This document shows, piece after piece, positions 25,454 to 38,113 of a stretch of 64,000 bases of DNA. Position 1 is the first letter of the stretch. Each line of letters starts with the position of its first letter. A program made the translations under genes and the position numbers. Under the pieces are notes generated by a model, which made no database searches, had not been told where the DNA came from, and saw nothing but the letters and a program-made list of their open reading frames with translations. The stretch covers positions 27,525,088 through 27,589,087 of the forward strand of contig NC_057718.1 of assembly GCF_004010195.1 (NCBI RefSeq). The letters run 5' to 3'. The DNA comes from Chiloscyllium plagiosum. Lineage: Eukaryota.

Positions 25454-25829
25454 TTTATATATGAGTGTCCAGAGAGGGGCTGCAAATATCCAAAGATAGC
25501 AGCTGCTCATGATTCTTTTTCATTTCAGCAGATATAAATGAGCTGTTTTTGCCTTTTGTTTTATATTTCCAGCATCTGCAGATTTCTGTTTCTTAGCCAT
25601 AACTAACTGGCTGAGTCTCCACAATTTTTATAATAAAACCAGTTATGTACCAAAACAGATTGTCACAAATGAAATCACTTCTACCATTAAAGCTCATCAA
25701 CATTAACTATTAACAGATTCAAAACTGCTTCCAAATACTGTTCTATTATTTTGGTCTCAGGTGTACGTGAAATATGGAGGTTTACACATCACCATCTTTC
25801 CTTAAAATATCAATTTTTTTAAAGGTCAG

Positions 25830-28700
25830 TACAGAAAATGTGGGAAAATACTTTGCAGGTTAAGCACTCAGTGTAGAATTCAGATGCAGGCTCATGACAT
25901 TTCATCAGGACTGGGGAAAGTTGGAGACTTACTCGGTTTCAAGCAAGGGGAAAGCAGGACAAGGACAAAACCTGTGATAGGTTGGAAGATAGGAGAGATT
26001 GAATGACAGAAATATCAGTCCTCTAGGGCAAAGGGATTGGTGATGGAGCAAGAAAAGAAACAAAAAAGCCACTGAGAGAGAATAAGCCACTGTCTAAACA
26101 AAAATTAAAAAGCAAAGAAATGGAAATAAAATGGGTCAAGAGTTTACAGTCTGAAATTGTTGAACTCAGTGTTGAATCCAGAAGGCAGTCAGGTCCTAAT
26201 AAAAATTTGAGATGCTGTTCTGAAGCCTATGTTGAACTTCATTGGAAAAGTGCAGTAGATTGAGGACAGAGGTGACAAAGAGAGAGCAAGGGTCATGCAT
26301 GAGAACAGAATGGAGATGTTCCACAAAGAGGTCATCTTAATCTGCATTCTGGCTCCCTTAGGTAGGGGACATCACATGGCAAGCAGCAAAGATCATAGAC
26401 TACATTGAAAGATGTGCGTGTAAATTGCTGTTTCCCCTGGAAGGAGTGTTGTGTCTTTGGAAGGTGAAGATAGTGGAAATAAAAGGGCAATTGTTACATC
26501 TCCTGCATTTGCACTGAAGAGATGTTGGAGGATGGGAATATGGTGACTGAGGAGCGGGCCAGGATATCAGGCATGATATGACCCCTCTGGAGTGATAAAA
26601 GTAATGGGAAGATGTGTTTGGAGGTGGCCAGAATGGTGGGAAATTGTTGAATATAGAGGCAGTTATGGTCAAAAATGAGGAGAAGGGAAGCCCCATTATG
26701 GTTCTGGGAAGGGTTGGGAACACAAGTTCAGGAAATGAGGACAGTCAAGGCTCTTGGCAATCATGATGGAGTCGAAGATAGAACTCCTTGGTTGAGGAAA
26801 CCAGAAGATGGCTCAGAGATACTGTTTTAGAGGGTTGCATCATAAGAACAGCAGTGATGGAGGCAGAAGAAGCACTGAGTGAGAAAGTATAGTTGAAATG
26901 GCTATGAGAGTCAGGTAGTTAATAATGAATTGAGTGGCTAGCTTATCACTGGAGGTGGAGAAGGAGAAGTTGAGGGAGGGAATTGTCAGAGATAAACTAT
27001 ATGAAGGTGGGACAAAGGTGGAATTTGGAAGCAATGGTGATGAAGTCTTTTCATTCAGGACAATAACAGGATATGACACCATTCCGGCACCGATGTACTG
27101 GGGAAAAAAAAATGAGTTGAATAAGATGCACAAGAAATATGTGTTGTATGCAGAAAAAGGTATGCACAGCTACAACCTGTACATGTACCCATAACAGCAA
27201 CTTGTATTTGGAGGAAATGAATGGTGTTGAATGAATTGTTGTTCAGAATGAAGAAGAAAAGCTAAGTCAAGTGGAGGATGGGACTGTTTGAACCTCATTC
27301 AAGGAAGAAGCAGAGATTCCTGAGACCATCCTAGTGTGGGTTGGAGGTGCAGAGAGATTGGACATCCATGTTGAAGAGGAGACAGGGCTATGAAATTGGG
27401 AATTTTTAAAATGACAAAGGGCATCAGAGATGCCACAGCTATATGAGAAAGAGTCTGCACAAGGGCTAATAAAAAGTAGTCAATAGACAATAGGTGCAGG
27501 AGTAGGCCATTCTGCCCTTCGAGCCAGCACCACCATTCATTATGATCATGGCTGATCATCCTCAATCAGTATCCTGTTCCTGCCTTATCCCCAAAACCCT
27601 TGATTCCACTATCCTTAAAAGCTCTATCCAACTCTTTCTTGAAAGTATTCAGAGACTTGGCCTCCACACCCTCTGGGGCAGAGCATTCCATACACCCACC
27701 ACTCTCTGGGTGAAGTAGTTTCTCCTCAACTCTGTTCTAAGTGGCCTACCCCTTATTTTTAAACTGTGTCCTCTGGTTCGGGACTCACCCATCAGTGAAA
27801 ACATGCTTCCTGCCTCCAGAGTGTCCTATCCTTTAATAATAGAAAGTGTCAAGTTAGAAAGAAATCAATTCATTGGATCAGGAACAAATTTAAGCAATAG
27901 GTCAACGGGGAAGTCCTGTTTCTGGATCTTGGGAAGGAAGTAGAAGTATGCTGTTCGAGATTGGGGAACCATGATATGAGAAACTGTAGAGGGAAGATCA
28001 TCAGAGTCAAGGTGGTGGCAAACACTGAAGAGGTGAAAGAGTTCATTAAGAAGGGGATGGAGTCCTGCCTAAAGGAGAGTACAAAGTTATGCTCAAAATT
28101 CATGAAGGTGAGGGCATAAGGGCTTAAAGGAAAGAAGTGGAGTTTTTTGCTGAGGACACATGGTTCATCGTCAGAAAAGGGAAAGTTGGAGAACATCATG
28201 AATGTTTGCAAGAGGCAAGATTAGCAGTGGAGTCAAAAGGAAGAATGGGTAGGAGGAGCACCTCGACCCATTAATTGTTGGAGCTTGAAGACCCTCTGTA
28301 ATAAAGGGGAATTTTTTTTTTCTTAAAGTGAAACAAAGCTTGAAATGAAACTGGGAACCAGGAGAGCTCGAAGATAGAGTGAGTTGGTGTTTCTGAAGCG
28401 AAGAGTGTACATGTGGCAGCACATGGCATGGAGTAATGGATCTTAAGATACAGACAGAGTAACTGTCCAAGGAATGTTGAATGTCTAGGAGATGCCTATA
28501 ATTATGGGTGCATCCATAACACGAAGGGCGGAATTTCAGTTGAAATTATATGGAAGATGTTACCAAGGAAGAAAATGTAGATGTGAAAGCAGATTTTCGT
28601 GGATACTTGAGCAAAGACTAGGAAGGAATCTCTTTCAGTGTGTAGTTGTGACTTATCTTCAGGTATCTTATGTAAAGGCAGGAATGATTCTATACCTTCC
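25830..28700 (-). mobile_element. Old, heavily decayed Neptune-like PLE
   Basis: Minus-strand remnants CKCRRCNNCPF and a PSGFNTEFNNFRL-like end near 26150-26185. A CTGATGAA remnant lies near 25900. Confidence 0.55.
27484..27840 (-). mobile_element. CR1 3' fragment nested in the old PLE
   Basis: aggagtaggccattctgcccttcgagcc... is the reverse complement of a CR1 3' end. Confidence 0.82.
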
Positions 28701-28984
28701 CAGTGCCTATTAGTGCTGCGGAAGGTATCACAACTAAGCCTGAAATAAAACAGAAAATGCCAGGAATACTCTGGAAGTCAGGTAGCATCTGTGGCAGGAG
28801 AAAGAGTCAGCAAAGAGTAATACTCAGAATTCTGTGGAAAGTCATCAACCTGAAACTATTTTTCTCTACTGGTTGAGTATTCCAGCATTTTCAATTTTGT
28901 TGTCTGGTTTCCAGCATTTGCTGGATTTCACTTTTGTACAACTAAACCTCACCCAACATGCAATTTCCATCAGAAACTACTACC

Positions 28985-30925
28985 AAAGAACAAAAAGAAA
29001 AGAAAATTACAGCACTGGAACAGGCTCTTCAGCCCTCCAAGCCTGCGCCGATCCAGATCCTCTATCTGAGCTTGTCACCTATTTTCTAAGGACCTGTATC
29101 CCTCTGCTCCCTGTCCATTCATGTATCTGTCTAGATACATTATAAATGACACTATCATGCCCATCTCTACCACCTCCACTGGCAATGTGTTTCAGGCATC
29201 CACCACCCTCTGCCTAAAGTACTTTCCACACATATTTCCCGTAAACGTTTTCACTCTCACCTTGAACTCGTGACCCCTAGTAACTGAGTCTGCCACTCTG
29301 GAAAAAGCTTCTTGCTATCCACCCTGTCTATACCTCTCATGATTCTGTCGACCTCAATCAGGACCCCCTCAACCTCCATATTTCGAATGAAAATAATCCT
29401 AATCTACTCAACCTCTCTTCATAGCATGCGCCCTCCATACCAGGCAACATCATGGTGTACCCCCTCTGCACCTTCGCCAAAGCACCCACATCCTTTTGGT
29501 AATATGGTGACCAGAACAGTACGCAGTGTTCCAACTGTGGCTAAACCAAAGTCCAAGACAACCTGTAACATGACCTGCCAACTCTTGTACTCAGTACCCT
29601 GTCCGATGAGGGAAAACATGCTGTATGCCTTCTTGATCACTCTATTGTCACCTTTGTTGTCACCTTCAGGGTACAATGGATTTGAACACCCAGATCTCTC
29701 TGTACATCAATTTTGCTCAGGGCTTTTCCATTTCCAAAGCACAAAGGGATCTGGGAGTGCTAGTCGAGGATTCTCTAAAGGTAAACATGCAGGTTGAGTC
29801 CGTGATTAAGAAAGCGAATGCACTGTTGTCTCTTATCTCAAGAGGGTTGGAATATAAAAGCAGAGATGTACTACTAAGACTTTATAAAGCTCTGGTTAGG
29901 CCCCATTTGGAGTACTGTGTCCAGTTTTGGTCCCCACACCTCAGGAAGGACATACTGGCACTGGAGCATGTCCAGTGGAGATTCAAACGGATGACCCCTG
30001 AAATGCTAGGCCTAACATATGATGAACTGATGAGGATCCTGAGATTGTATTCATTAGAGTTTAGAACATTGAGGGGACATCCAATACAAACTTACAATAG
30101 AATGCATGGCTTGAAAAGGGTGGATGCTGGGTTTTTGTTTCTGTTAGGTGGGGATTCTAGAATCCTTGGGCACAGCTTTAGAATTAGAGGGGGTCATTTC
30201 AGATCAGAAATGCGGAGACATTTCTTCAGCCAGAGAGTGGTGGGCCTGTGGAATTCATTGCCACGGAGTGCAGTGGAAGCCGGAACGCTAAATGTCTTCA
30301 AGGCCGAGATTGATAGATTCTTGTTGTCTAGAGGAATTAAGGGCTACGGGGAGAACGCTGGTAAGTGGAGCTGAAATGCGCATCAGCCATGATTGAATGG
30401 CGGAGTGGACTCGATGGGCCGAATGGCCTTACTTCCACTCCTATGTCTTATGGTCTTATATAGTTTGCTATTGAATTGGATCTTCCAAAATGTATCACCT
30501 CACATTTGCCCGAATTGAACTACATCTGCTATTTCTCTGCCCAACTCTTCAATCTATCTATCTATAGTCTACTGCACTCTCTGACAGTTCCCTTCACTAT
30601 CTGCTACTCCACCAATCTTAGTGTCATTTGCAAACTTGCTAATCAGACCACCTATAACTTCCTCCAGATCATTTATGCATATTACAAACAGCAGGGGTTC
30701 CATCATGGATCCCTGTGGAACCACTGGTCACAGTTCTCCATTTTGAGAAATTCCTTTCCACTCCTACTCTCTGTCTCCTGTTGCCCAGCCAGTTCTCTAT
30801 CCATCTAGCCAGTACACCCTGGACCCCATGCAACTTCACTTTCTCCACCAGCCTACCATGGGGAACCTTATGAAATGCCTTAATGAAGTCCACGCATATG
30901 ACATCTACAGCCCTTCCCATCCTAG
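28985..30925 (-). mobile_element. CR1 LINE fragment interrupted by a second CR1
   Basis: GRAVDVICVDFIKAFHKVPHGRL and NRVIKKAYSMFSLIGQGTEYKSW. Confidence 0.88.
29732..30460 (+). mobile_element. Young CR1 3' fragment nested in the opposite orientation
   Basis: Uninterrupted QRDLGVLV...[19 protein letters not shown]...FFSQRVVGLWNSLP...GKWS*; tail tcttatggtcttat. Confidence 0.92.
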
Positions 30926-30929
30926 ACAC

Positions 30930-32800
30930 AGATCCTGGGGATGAAGGACGTTGGAGCGGGGCGGGCGGTTTGAAGAAGCATACTGCAATGAAATAATCGG
31001 TTTCAGCTCAAAGCAGTCAGCTCATCACACACAAGGGATATTTTAGAGGTTCGCGTTAACGTTGTAACCTACTCCAAACTTCTCATTACTTTGTCTCTGC
31101 TGTAATTGTTAGCTCCAACAGCATTGCAGACAGTTGTGTTTAAGATAATTACAGGCTGAATCCAGACATAACACTTATGTTGCAGAGCCATCTATGACTA
31201 GCTCCACTGTCACATCAACAAGAATGTTTTTTATTCACCCCCATCAATCAAACCGACACTGTTTCCTCACTATTCTCAAGCCTTTTGTCACTGGGAGCAC
31301 CAGACAGACATGCATGGTGCAAACCTCATTGTTATTCAAATTACAGTCATGTGTGATAACAGAGTCAATGATGGGACCGGAAATGCCGGCTTTTTTTTAA
31401 TCAGAGCAAAGTGCAGTCCTCTTGTTGACTACAGGCCTGTGCTTGCACCTCCTCCCCCACTCCTGACTGGAAGTCAATTTCGTGGGTTTCCTGCAAAGAG
31501 AGAAGCCAAAAATATCCTCACGAGAATATGAGTTTGCAAATTAAGTTTTACTGCAGCAAGAATGCTCATTGGAAACAACTTCTAGACAGATGGCCAGCTA
31601 TTTAGTACTTTTTTAACCAAACTTTTTTTGGAATTTTGATTCTGCATGAAAGGTGTTGGGGCTGAATGTTAATATGTTGTGAGCAAAGGACATGATATTA
31701 ATGAGTGCTACCACTTGACTGTTATCAATTCCTGATGTAAGGAAACAAAACCAGAACGTTCTCGGCGGCTCTTCGGGTTAAATGCGGAATGTAACGGTAT
31801 GATCCATAGCAGCAAATCCCGGGTCTGACCCAGAAACTCTAAACTATTACTATCGGGTCCCATGGTCCTAGCCCACAGAGAGCAGAGAAAGCGACCACTG
31901 TTACAGCTTCAGGTCTTTAGCCGCTTTGAAAGTGTGCAATAAGGACAAGATTAATGCTGGCTACGATGCATTTCACAGTCGAATAGCCTGCTAACACTCA
32001 GTGCCTATTGAACAGACGATTGGTTCATTGAGAGAGGTTCGAAGGGATCTGCTGATTAGAGTGAACCCTGGTTTAGAAAAATCACCTCGGCGAAAGAGTA
32101 CAGGAAATTGGTGGTTAGGGGCGTTAATGCACTGAATGCTCGCACTCAGATGCTAATCTGCATGGTCCAAACCTCCAATTTTCAACATTTCAGATTTATT
32201 TTCTAATCTCTCAGTTTTACAGAAACCCTACAGTTAACCCGAGTATAACGTGACTGATCCTGGTGCAGTTCCTCAACTCCGTGGAGTTTTCTTTTAGAAA
32301 ATATAAACACACGCAAACAAAAACATATGGCATATAACAGCCGTACTTACGATCAAATGTCAAGTCTCCAATTTCACTCGGGCCCCAGCAGTTTCCCCGG
32401 AGCAGCTTCTGTCCATATACATTTGTACTAATCATCCAAAAAGTTTCTAAAGCGCGGTCACTTCTCCAGTTTTTGTTCCTCAATGAAACGCCGCGGCTCT
32501 CAGAGAGGGAGAGAAGACTAAACCCTGGAATTTCAAAATGGCACAGAGCTGCTGTCGAATCCAGCTTAAAGCTGAACTGCAGACAAGCGGGTCAATGCAT
32601 TGCTGGAAGCTGGAGAGAGCAGTGAGGGAGAGGATATATTACAGCCTTCCCACCATCTGACGTGCTTCCAACCCAGCCTCTGTAAAGACAGATATTTGAA
32701 AACATTTAATGGCGGTCGTATTTATATCCCTGCAGGCAGAATGTCAAACATTTCATTAACTCGAATTTGTCCATTCCTGCTCACTCTAATGGCAACATGC
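30930..32800 (-). promoter_or_regulatory. Candidate STON1 promoter and non-coding first exon
   Basis: Repeat-free stretch with visibly more CpG than its flanks. GC-box-like GGGGCGGGCGG near 30958. Strong minus-strand donor ATC|GTAAGT with the intron starting at 32350. Confidence 0.35.
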
Positions 32801-33719
32801 TGCGTATATGTAGGCACACACACACGTTGCTTAATGGAAAACATCTTACGGCTATATAGTTCAGATAAGATTCACATCAACCACTCACAACTTTGCAAGA
32901 GACAGTGTCTGACTGCCTAATACATTGCATCTAAGAGAAAAATTCCCTTATTTCTCAACAAACAAAGCCAATACAGTAGATTGGGGTGGGGGTGGTATCA
33001 TTTGCTGAAAGGGTTCGTTTCTGTCAGAAATTTGAGAATATCTGCTAGTTTTTTAAAAAGCGACAAACACAGGGGTAGATTATGGTAAGCGAGCAGACTC
33101 CAAGCAAAAGTCATGTTAAATCTCCAGAGACACCAGATCATGTGCAGAGTGATTAATGAAATCTGTATGTAACATTGATTTGGAGCTAGTCCAGTTCTGG
33201 AATAGAGCGAGCATCAGAACAACGCCTTTCCTTAAGTAAGGCTAACTGACCGATTCACCAACCGACAGAGTAAGCACACTGCCCCCTCCTAAAATGCGAC
33301 TCAAATTAAAATCCAAACACTTTAAAAGACTTGACATGGTTTTATCAATAGAATGATTCACGGAATTGGTCTTGTATCTCTCTGGACAGTGCAGAGATAT
33401 TTTAAAATCCACTTGATTCACGACATCTTCCTAATTTACCTTAATTCTTTCTACCTGGTTTTAGCTTTGGTGGTGGCTTGTGTTATAGTCAGCCCTTCAA
33501 TCAGGCTTCCATTTCAGCAAAATAAGTCAAATGGAAATTGTTCTAGAAACACTGATCAAGGAACAGCGGGATAACATTTATACCAAGTGGAGGTTTCTTC
33601 AACTGATAAAAAGAGAGAAAAGAATCAATATGTAGACCTGTGTAAACTGGTTCTTTGAAACAGTTAGTCCCATTCTCTTACTCTGTACCCATAGTGCTGC
33701 AATTCCCTTTGAAGGTTGT

Positions 33720-34600
33720 TATATATTTAACAAAGTGTAATGGGGAAAGATTACAGAACATTATACTACAACGGTAGGATTCACAAAAACATCATCACGA
33801 AGATAAAGCAAATGAAAGCACATGGGGTGTTGGCCTTTATTACAAAGAAGGTGGAGTGTAACAGCAGGGAGTCTTATTACAAATGTACATATGTATGTGT
33901 GGATCCCCAAGGAAATGTTGAGCCGGTTGAACCAATACTCATTGAAGTTAAGGAGAATAAGAGGTAACCTTATTGAAACATAAGATTCTGGAAGGGATGG
34001 GGGAGTTGACAGGATAAATGCTGAAAGGATGATCTTTCACATGGGAATATACAACTAGAGGGCACAGTTTCAAAATAAAATAGAGATAAGGATGAATTTC
34101 TGTTCTTAGAAGGTCATTTATATTAGTATTTCCCTTCTCCAGTGAGGAGCAGAGGCTGGGTCATTGCATATATTCATGGGTCAGTTAGACAGATTGTTGA
34201 TTGACAAGAGTCAATTTACAAACGTAATGATGTTTGTGGGCGGCACGGTGGCACAGTGGTTAGCACTGCTGCCTCACAGCGCCAGAGACCCGGGTTCAAT
34301 TCCCTCCTCAGGCGACTGACTGTGTGGAGTTTGCACTTTCTCTCCGTATCTGCGTGGGTTCCTTCCGGGTGCTCCGGTTTCCTCCCACAGTCCAAAGACC
34401 TGCTGGTCAGGTGAATTGGCCATGCTAATTTGCCCGTAGTGTTAGGTAAAAGGGGTAAATGTAGGGGTATGGGTGGGTTGCGCTTCGGCGGGGCAGTGTG
34501 GACTTGTTGGGCCGAAGGGCCTGTTTCCACACTGTAAGTAATCTAATCTAAAAAGAGAGTCAAGAGTTATGAGGACCAGACAGGAAATTAAACAAGAGTT
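33720..34600 (+). mobile_element. Decayed CR1 3' fragment
   Basis: KAHGVLAFITKKVE...; aataagaggtaaccttattgaaacataagatt. Confidence 0.7.
34237..34550 (+). mobile_element. HE1-type SINE
   Basis: Full head, V-domain and (aatct) tail. Confidence 0.93.
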
Positions 34601-34761
34601 ATGACACAGTGATAACAAGCTAATCAACATCACCATCACTAGGTTCGCATCACAGTATAATTAAAACATTCAATCACCCTGAAAATTTCACAATTGTTCC
34701 TACCACCCTTTACAAATAAATGTTCTTAGACACCAAGATAATAACTTAAACAAAAAATAAC

Positions 34762-35135
34762 AGTTAAAAATCACACAACACCAGGTTATAGTCCAACAGG
34801 TTTAATTGGAAGCACACTAGTTTTCAGAGCGCCACTCCTTCATCAAGTGGTTGTGGAGGACACAATTGTAAGGCACAGAATTTATAGCAAAAATTTACAG
34901 TGTGATGTAACTGAAATTATACATTGAAAAATACCTTGATTGTCTGTTGAGCCTTTCATCTGTTCAAATACCATGATAGTTTCACTTCTTTCATGTGTAA
35001 ATGACAAAACGTTTTCTTCATGTTAACTGTAACAATTGGTGTTAGCTAGACAATATGTTTGACAGTATTAGCCCCCTGTGTTCTCTGTCTATGCCATGAT
35101 ATTTAGATTGATTCGAATCTAAAAAGTGAGACAAC
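34762..35135 (-). mobile_element. Pseudo-LTR fragment of the Neptune-like family at 60318-63653
   Basis: Closely similar to 60352-60790. A degenerate hammerhead lies at about 34815-34849. Confidence 0.88.
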
Positions 35136-36786
35136 CAGTTAACCTGGGTAAAAAGTTGGTTCCAATGGGAATAAATGATGTTGGTTGCGAATCCTATCAG
35201 ATCAAATAGATCAGTTGGGCAGACAGTTAGAGGCAGTGAGGAATTTAAAGCAAGGGGGTGTGATAGATGGCAGTGCTAGGAGGGGAGAAAAGTCACAGAT
35301 ACAGTCACATAGATGGGTTAACTCCAGGAAAGATAAGAGAGGTAAGCAGGTAGTGCATGAGTCTTCTGTGGCTAGTCCCATTTCAAACAAATATGCTGTT
35401 TTGGAAAATGTAGGGGGTGATGGATTCTCAGGGGAATGTAGCACGAACAGCCAAGTTTCTGGTATTGAGACTGGTTCTAATGCAATGAGGGATACGTCGG
35501 GTTCCAAGAGATCGATTGTGTTAGGGCACAGACAAACGTTTCTGTGGCCAGTAGCAAAAAATCAGAATGGTGTGTTCCCTCCCTTATGCCAGGATCAAGG
35601 ATACCTCAGAGAGGGTGCAGAATGATCTCAAGGGGGAGAGGGCCCAGTTGGAGGTCATTATACACATTGGAACCAACGACATTGGAAGAGAAAAGGTTGA
35701 GATTCTGAAGGTAGAATATAGAGAGTTAGACAGGAATTTAAAAAGGAGACCCTCAAGAGTAGTAATATCTGGATTACGGCCAATGCTACAAGCTAGTGTG
35801 GGCAGGAATAGGAGCATAGAGCAGATGAGTACATGACTGAGGAGCTGGTGTATGGAGAAGAAATCACATTTTTGGATCATTGGAAGCTCTTTTGGGGTAG
35901 AAGTGACCTGTACAAGAAGGACAGATTGCACCTGAATTGGAAGGGGATTAATACATTGGCAGGGAGATTTGCCAGTGGAAGGATCTAAACTAGTAAGGTG
36001 GGGTGGGGTGGGGTGGTGCAGAGGACCCAGGGAGTTAGTGAGGAAAGAGATCAATCTGAGACTGGTACAGTTGAGAAAAGAAGTGAGTCAAACAGTCAGG
36101 GCAGGCAGGGCCAAAGCAGAGAACAAGTTAGGACAGATAATTTAAACTGCATTTATTTCATTGCAAGAGGGAAGGCAGATGAACTCAGGGCATGGTTAGG
36201 AACTTGGGACTGGGATATCATAGCAATTCCAGAAATATGGCTCAGGGATGGACTGGAGTGGCAGCTTAATGTTCAAGGGTACAAATGCTACATGAAGGAC
36301 AGAAAAGGAGGCTTGAGAGGAGCAGGAGTGGCGTTTTTGATAAGAAATAGCATTACAGCTGTGCTGAGGGAGGATATTCCTGGAAGTACATCAAGGGAAG
36401 TTATTTGAGTGGAACTGAGAAATAAGAAAGGATGATCACCTTATTGGGATTGAATTATAGACCCCCTAGTAGTCAGAGGGAAATTGAGAAACAAACTTTT
36501 AAGGAGATCTCAGTTATCTGTAAGAATAATAAGGTGGTTATGGTAGGGGATTTTAACTTTCCAAACATAGACTGGGACTACCATAGTGTTAAGGGTTTAG
36601 ATGGCGATGAATTTATTAAGCATGTACAAGAATTTTCTGATTCAATATGTGGATGTACCGATTAGAGAAGGTGCAAAACTTGACCTATTCTTGGGAAAAA
36701 AGGCAGGGTAGGTGACTGAGGTGTCAGTGGGGGAGCACTTTGGGGCCAGCGACCATAATTATATTAGATTTAAAATAGTGATGGAA

Positions 36787-37308
36787 AATTTGCATAAACC
36801 AAATCATCCGCTGACATTTCCGCCACCTCCAAACAGACCCCACAACCAGGGATATATTTCCCTCCCCACCCCTTTCCGCCTTCCGCAAAGACCGTTCCCT
36901 CCTTGATAACCTGGTCAGATCCACGCCCCTCTACAACCCACCCTCCCATCCTGGCACTTTCCCCTGCTACCGCAGGAACTGTAAAACCTGCGCCCANNNN
37001 NNNNNNNNNNNNNNACTTCCAGCTCAGCACTGTCCCCATGACTTGTCCGGACTTGTCCCACCTGCCTATATCCTTTCCCACCTATCCACTCCACCCTCTC
37101 CTCCCTGACCTATCACCTTCATCCCCTCCCCCACTCACCTATTGTACTCTATGCTACATTCTCCCCACCTCCACCCTCCTCTAGCTTATCTCTCCACGCT
37201 TCAGACTCTGCCTTTATTCCTGATGAAGGGCTTTTGCCCGAAACGTCGATTTCCCTGCTCCTTGGATGCTGCCTGAATTGCTGTGCTCTTCCAGCACCAC
37301 TAATCCAG
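36787..37308 (+). mobile_element. Neptune-like PLE 3' fragment nested in CR1
   Basis: Homologous to 59100-59930 (PGTFPC.R.NCKTC linker) and ends with a hammerhead. Confidence 0.88.
37216..37251 (+). ncRNA. Minimal type-I hammerhead ribozyme motif
   Basis: auuc CUGAUGA A gggc-uuuu-gccc GAAA CGUC gauu: intact core, perfect 4-bp stem II, ACGU palindrome and GUC site. Helix I is weak. Confidence 0.72.
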
Positions 37309-37860
37309 ATCTAAAAGTTGAAGTTCTGAATTGAAGGAAGACTAATTTTGATGGTGTTTCAAAACCTGATTGGGGGCAGATGTTTGCAGGTAAAGATACA
37401 GCTGGAAAATGGGAAGCCTTCAGAAATGAGATAACAAGAATCCAGAGAAAGTATATCCCTGTTAGGGTGAAAGGAAAAGTTGATGGGTATAGACAATGCT
37501 GGATGACTAAAGAAATTGAGGTTTTGATTGATAAAAAGAAGGAAGCATATGTCAGGTATGGACAGGATAAATTGAGTGAATCCTTACAGTATAAAGGCAG
37601 CAGGAGTATACGTAAGAGGGACGATTAGATAGCTTTGGCAAATAGAATTAAGGAGAATCCAAAGGGTTTTTACAAATACTTTAAGGACAAAGGGTAACGA
37701 GGTAGAGACTAGGGCCCCTCAAAAATCAGCAAGGCAGTCTTTGGAGTTGCAGGAGATGGGGGAGATACTAAACAAGTGTTTACTGGGGAAAAGGACATGG
37801 AAGATATAGAATGTAGAGAAATAAATGGTGACATCTTGAAAAGTATCCATATTACAGAAG

Positions 37861-38113
37861 TGGACGGCACGGTGGCACAGCAGTTAGCACTGCTGCCTCA
37901 CAGCGCCAGAGACCCGGGTTCAATTCCCGCCTCAGGCGACTGACTGTGTGGAGTTTGCACATTCTCCCCGTGTCTGCGTGGGTTTCCTCCGGGTGCTCCG
38001 GTTTCCTCCGGAAAGGGTATGGGTGGGTTGCGCTTCGGCGGGTCGGTGTGGACTTGTTGGGCCGAAGGGCCTGTTTCCACACTGTAATGTAATGTAAATG
38101 TAATGTAAAATGT
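37861..38113 (+). mobile_element. HE1-type SINE with internal deletion and (taatg) tail
   Basis: Head and 3' part match the other copies; the middle section is missing at about 38010. Confidence 0.9.

Noticed and set aside
28741..28930. Another possible PLE-derived palindrome
   Set aside because: Probably real, but too degraded to define arms, hammerhead or TSD.
34237..34310. tRNA-like sequences with A and B boxes
   Set aside because: These are SINE heads continuous with the V-domain and LINE-like tail, not tRNA genes.
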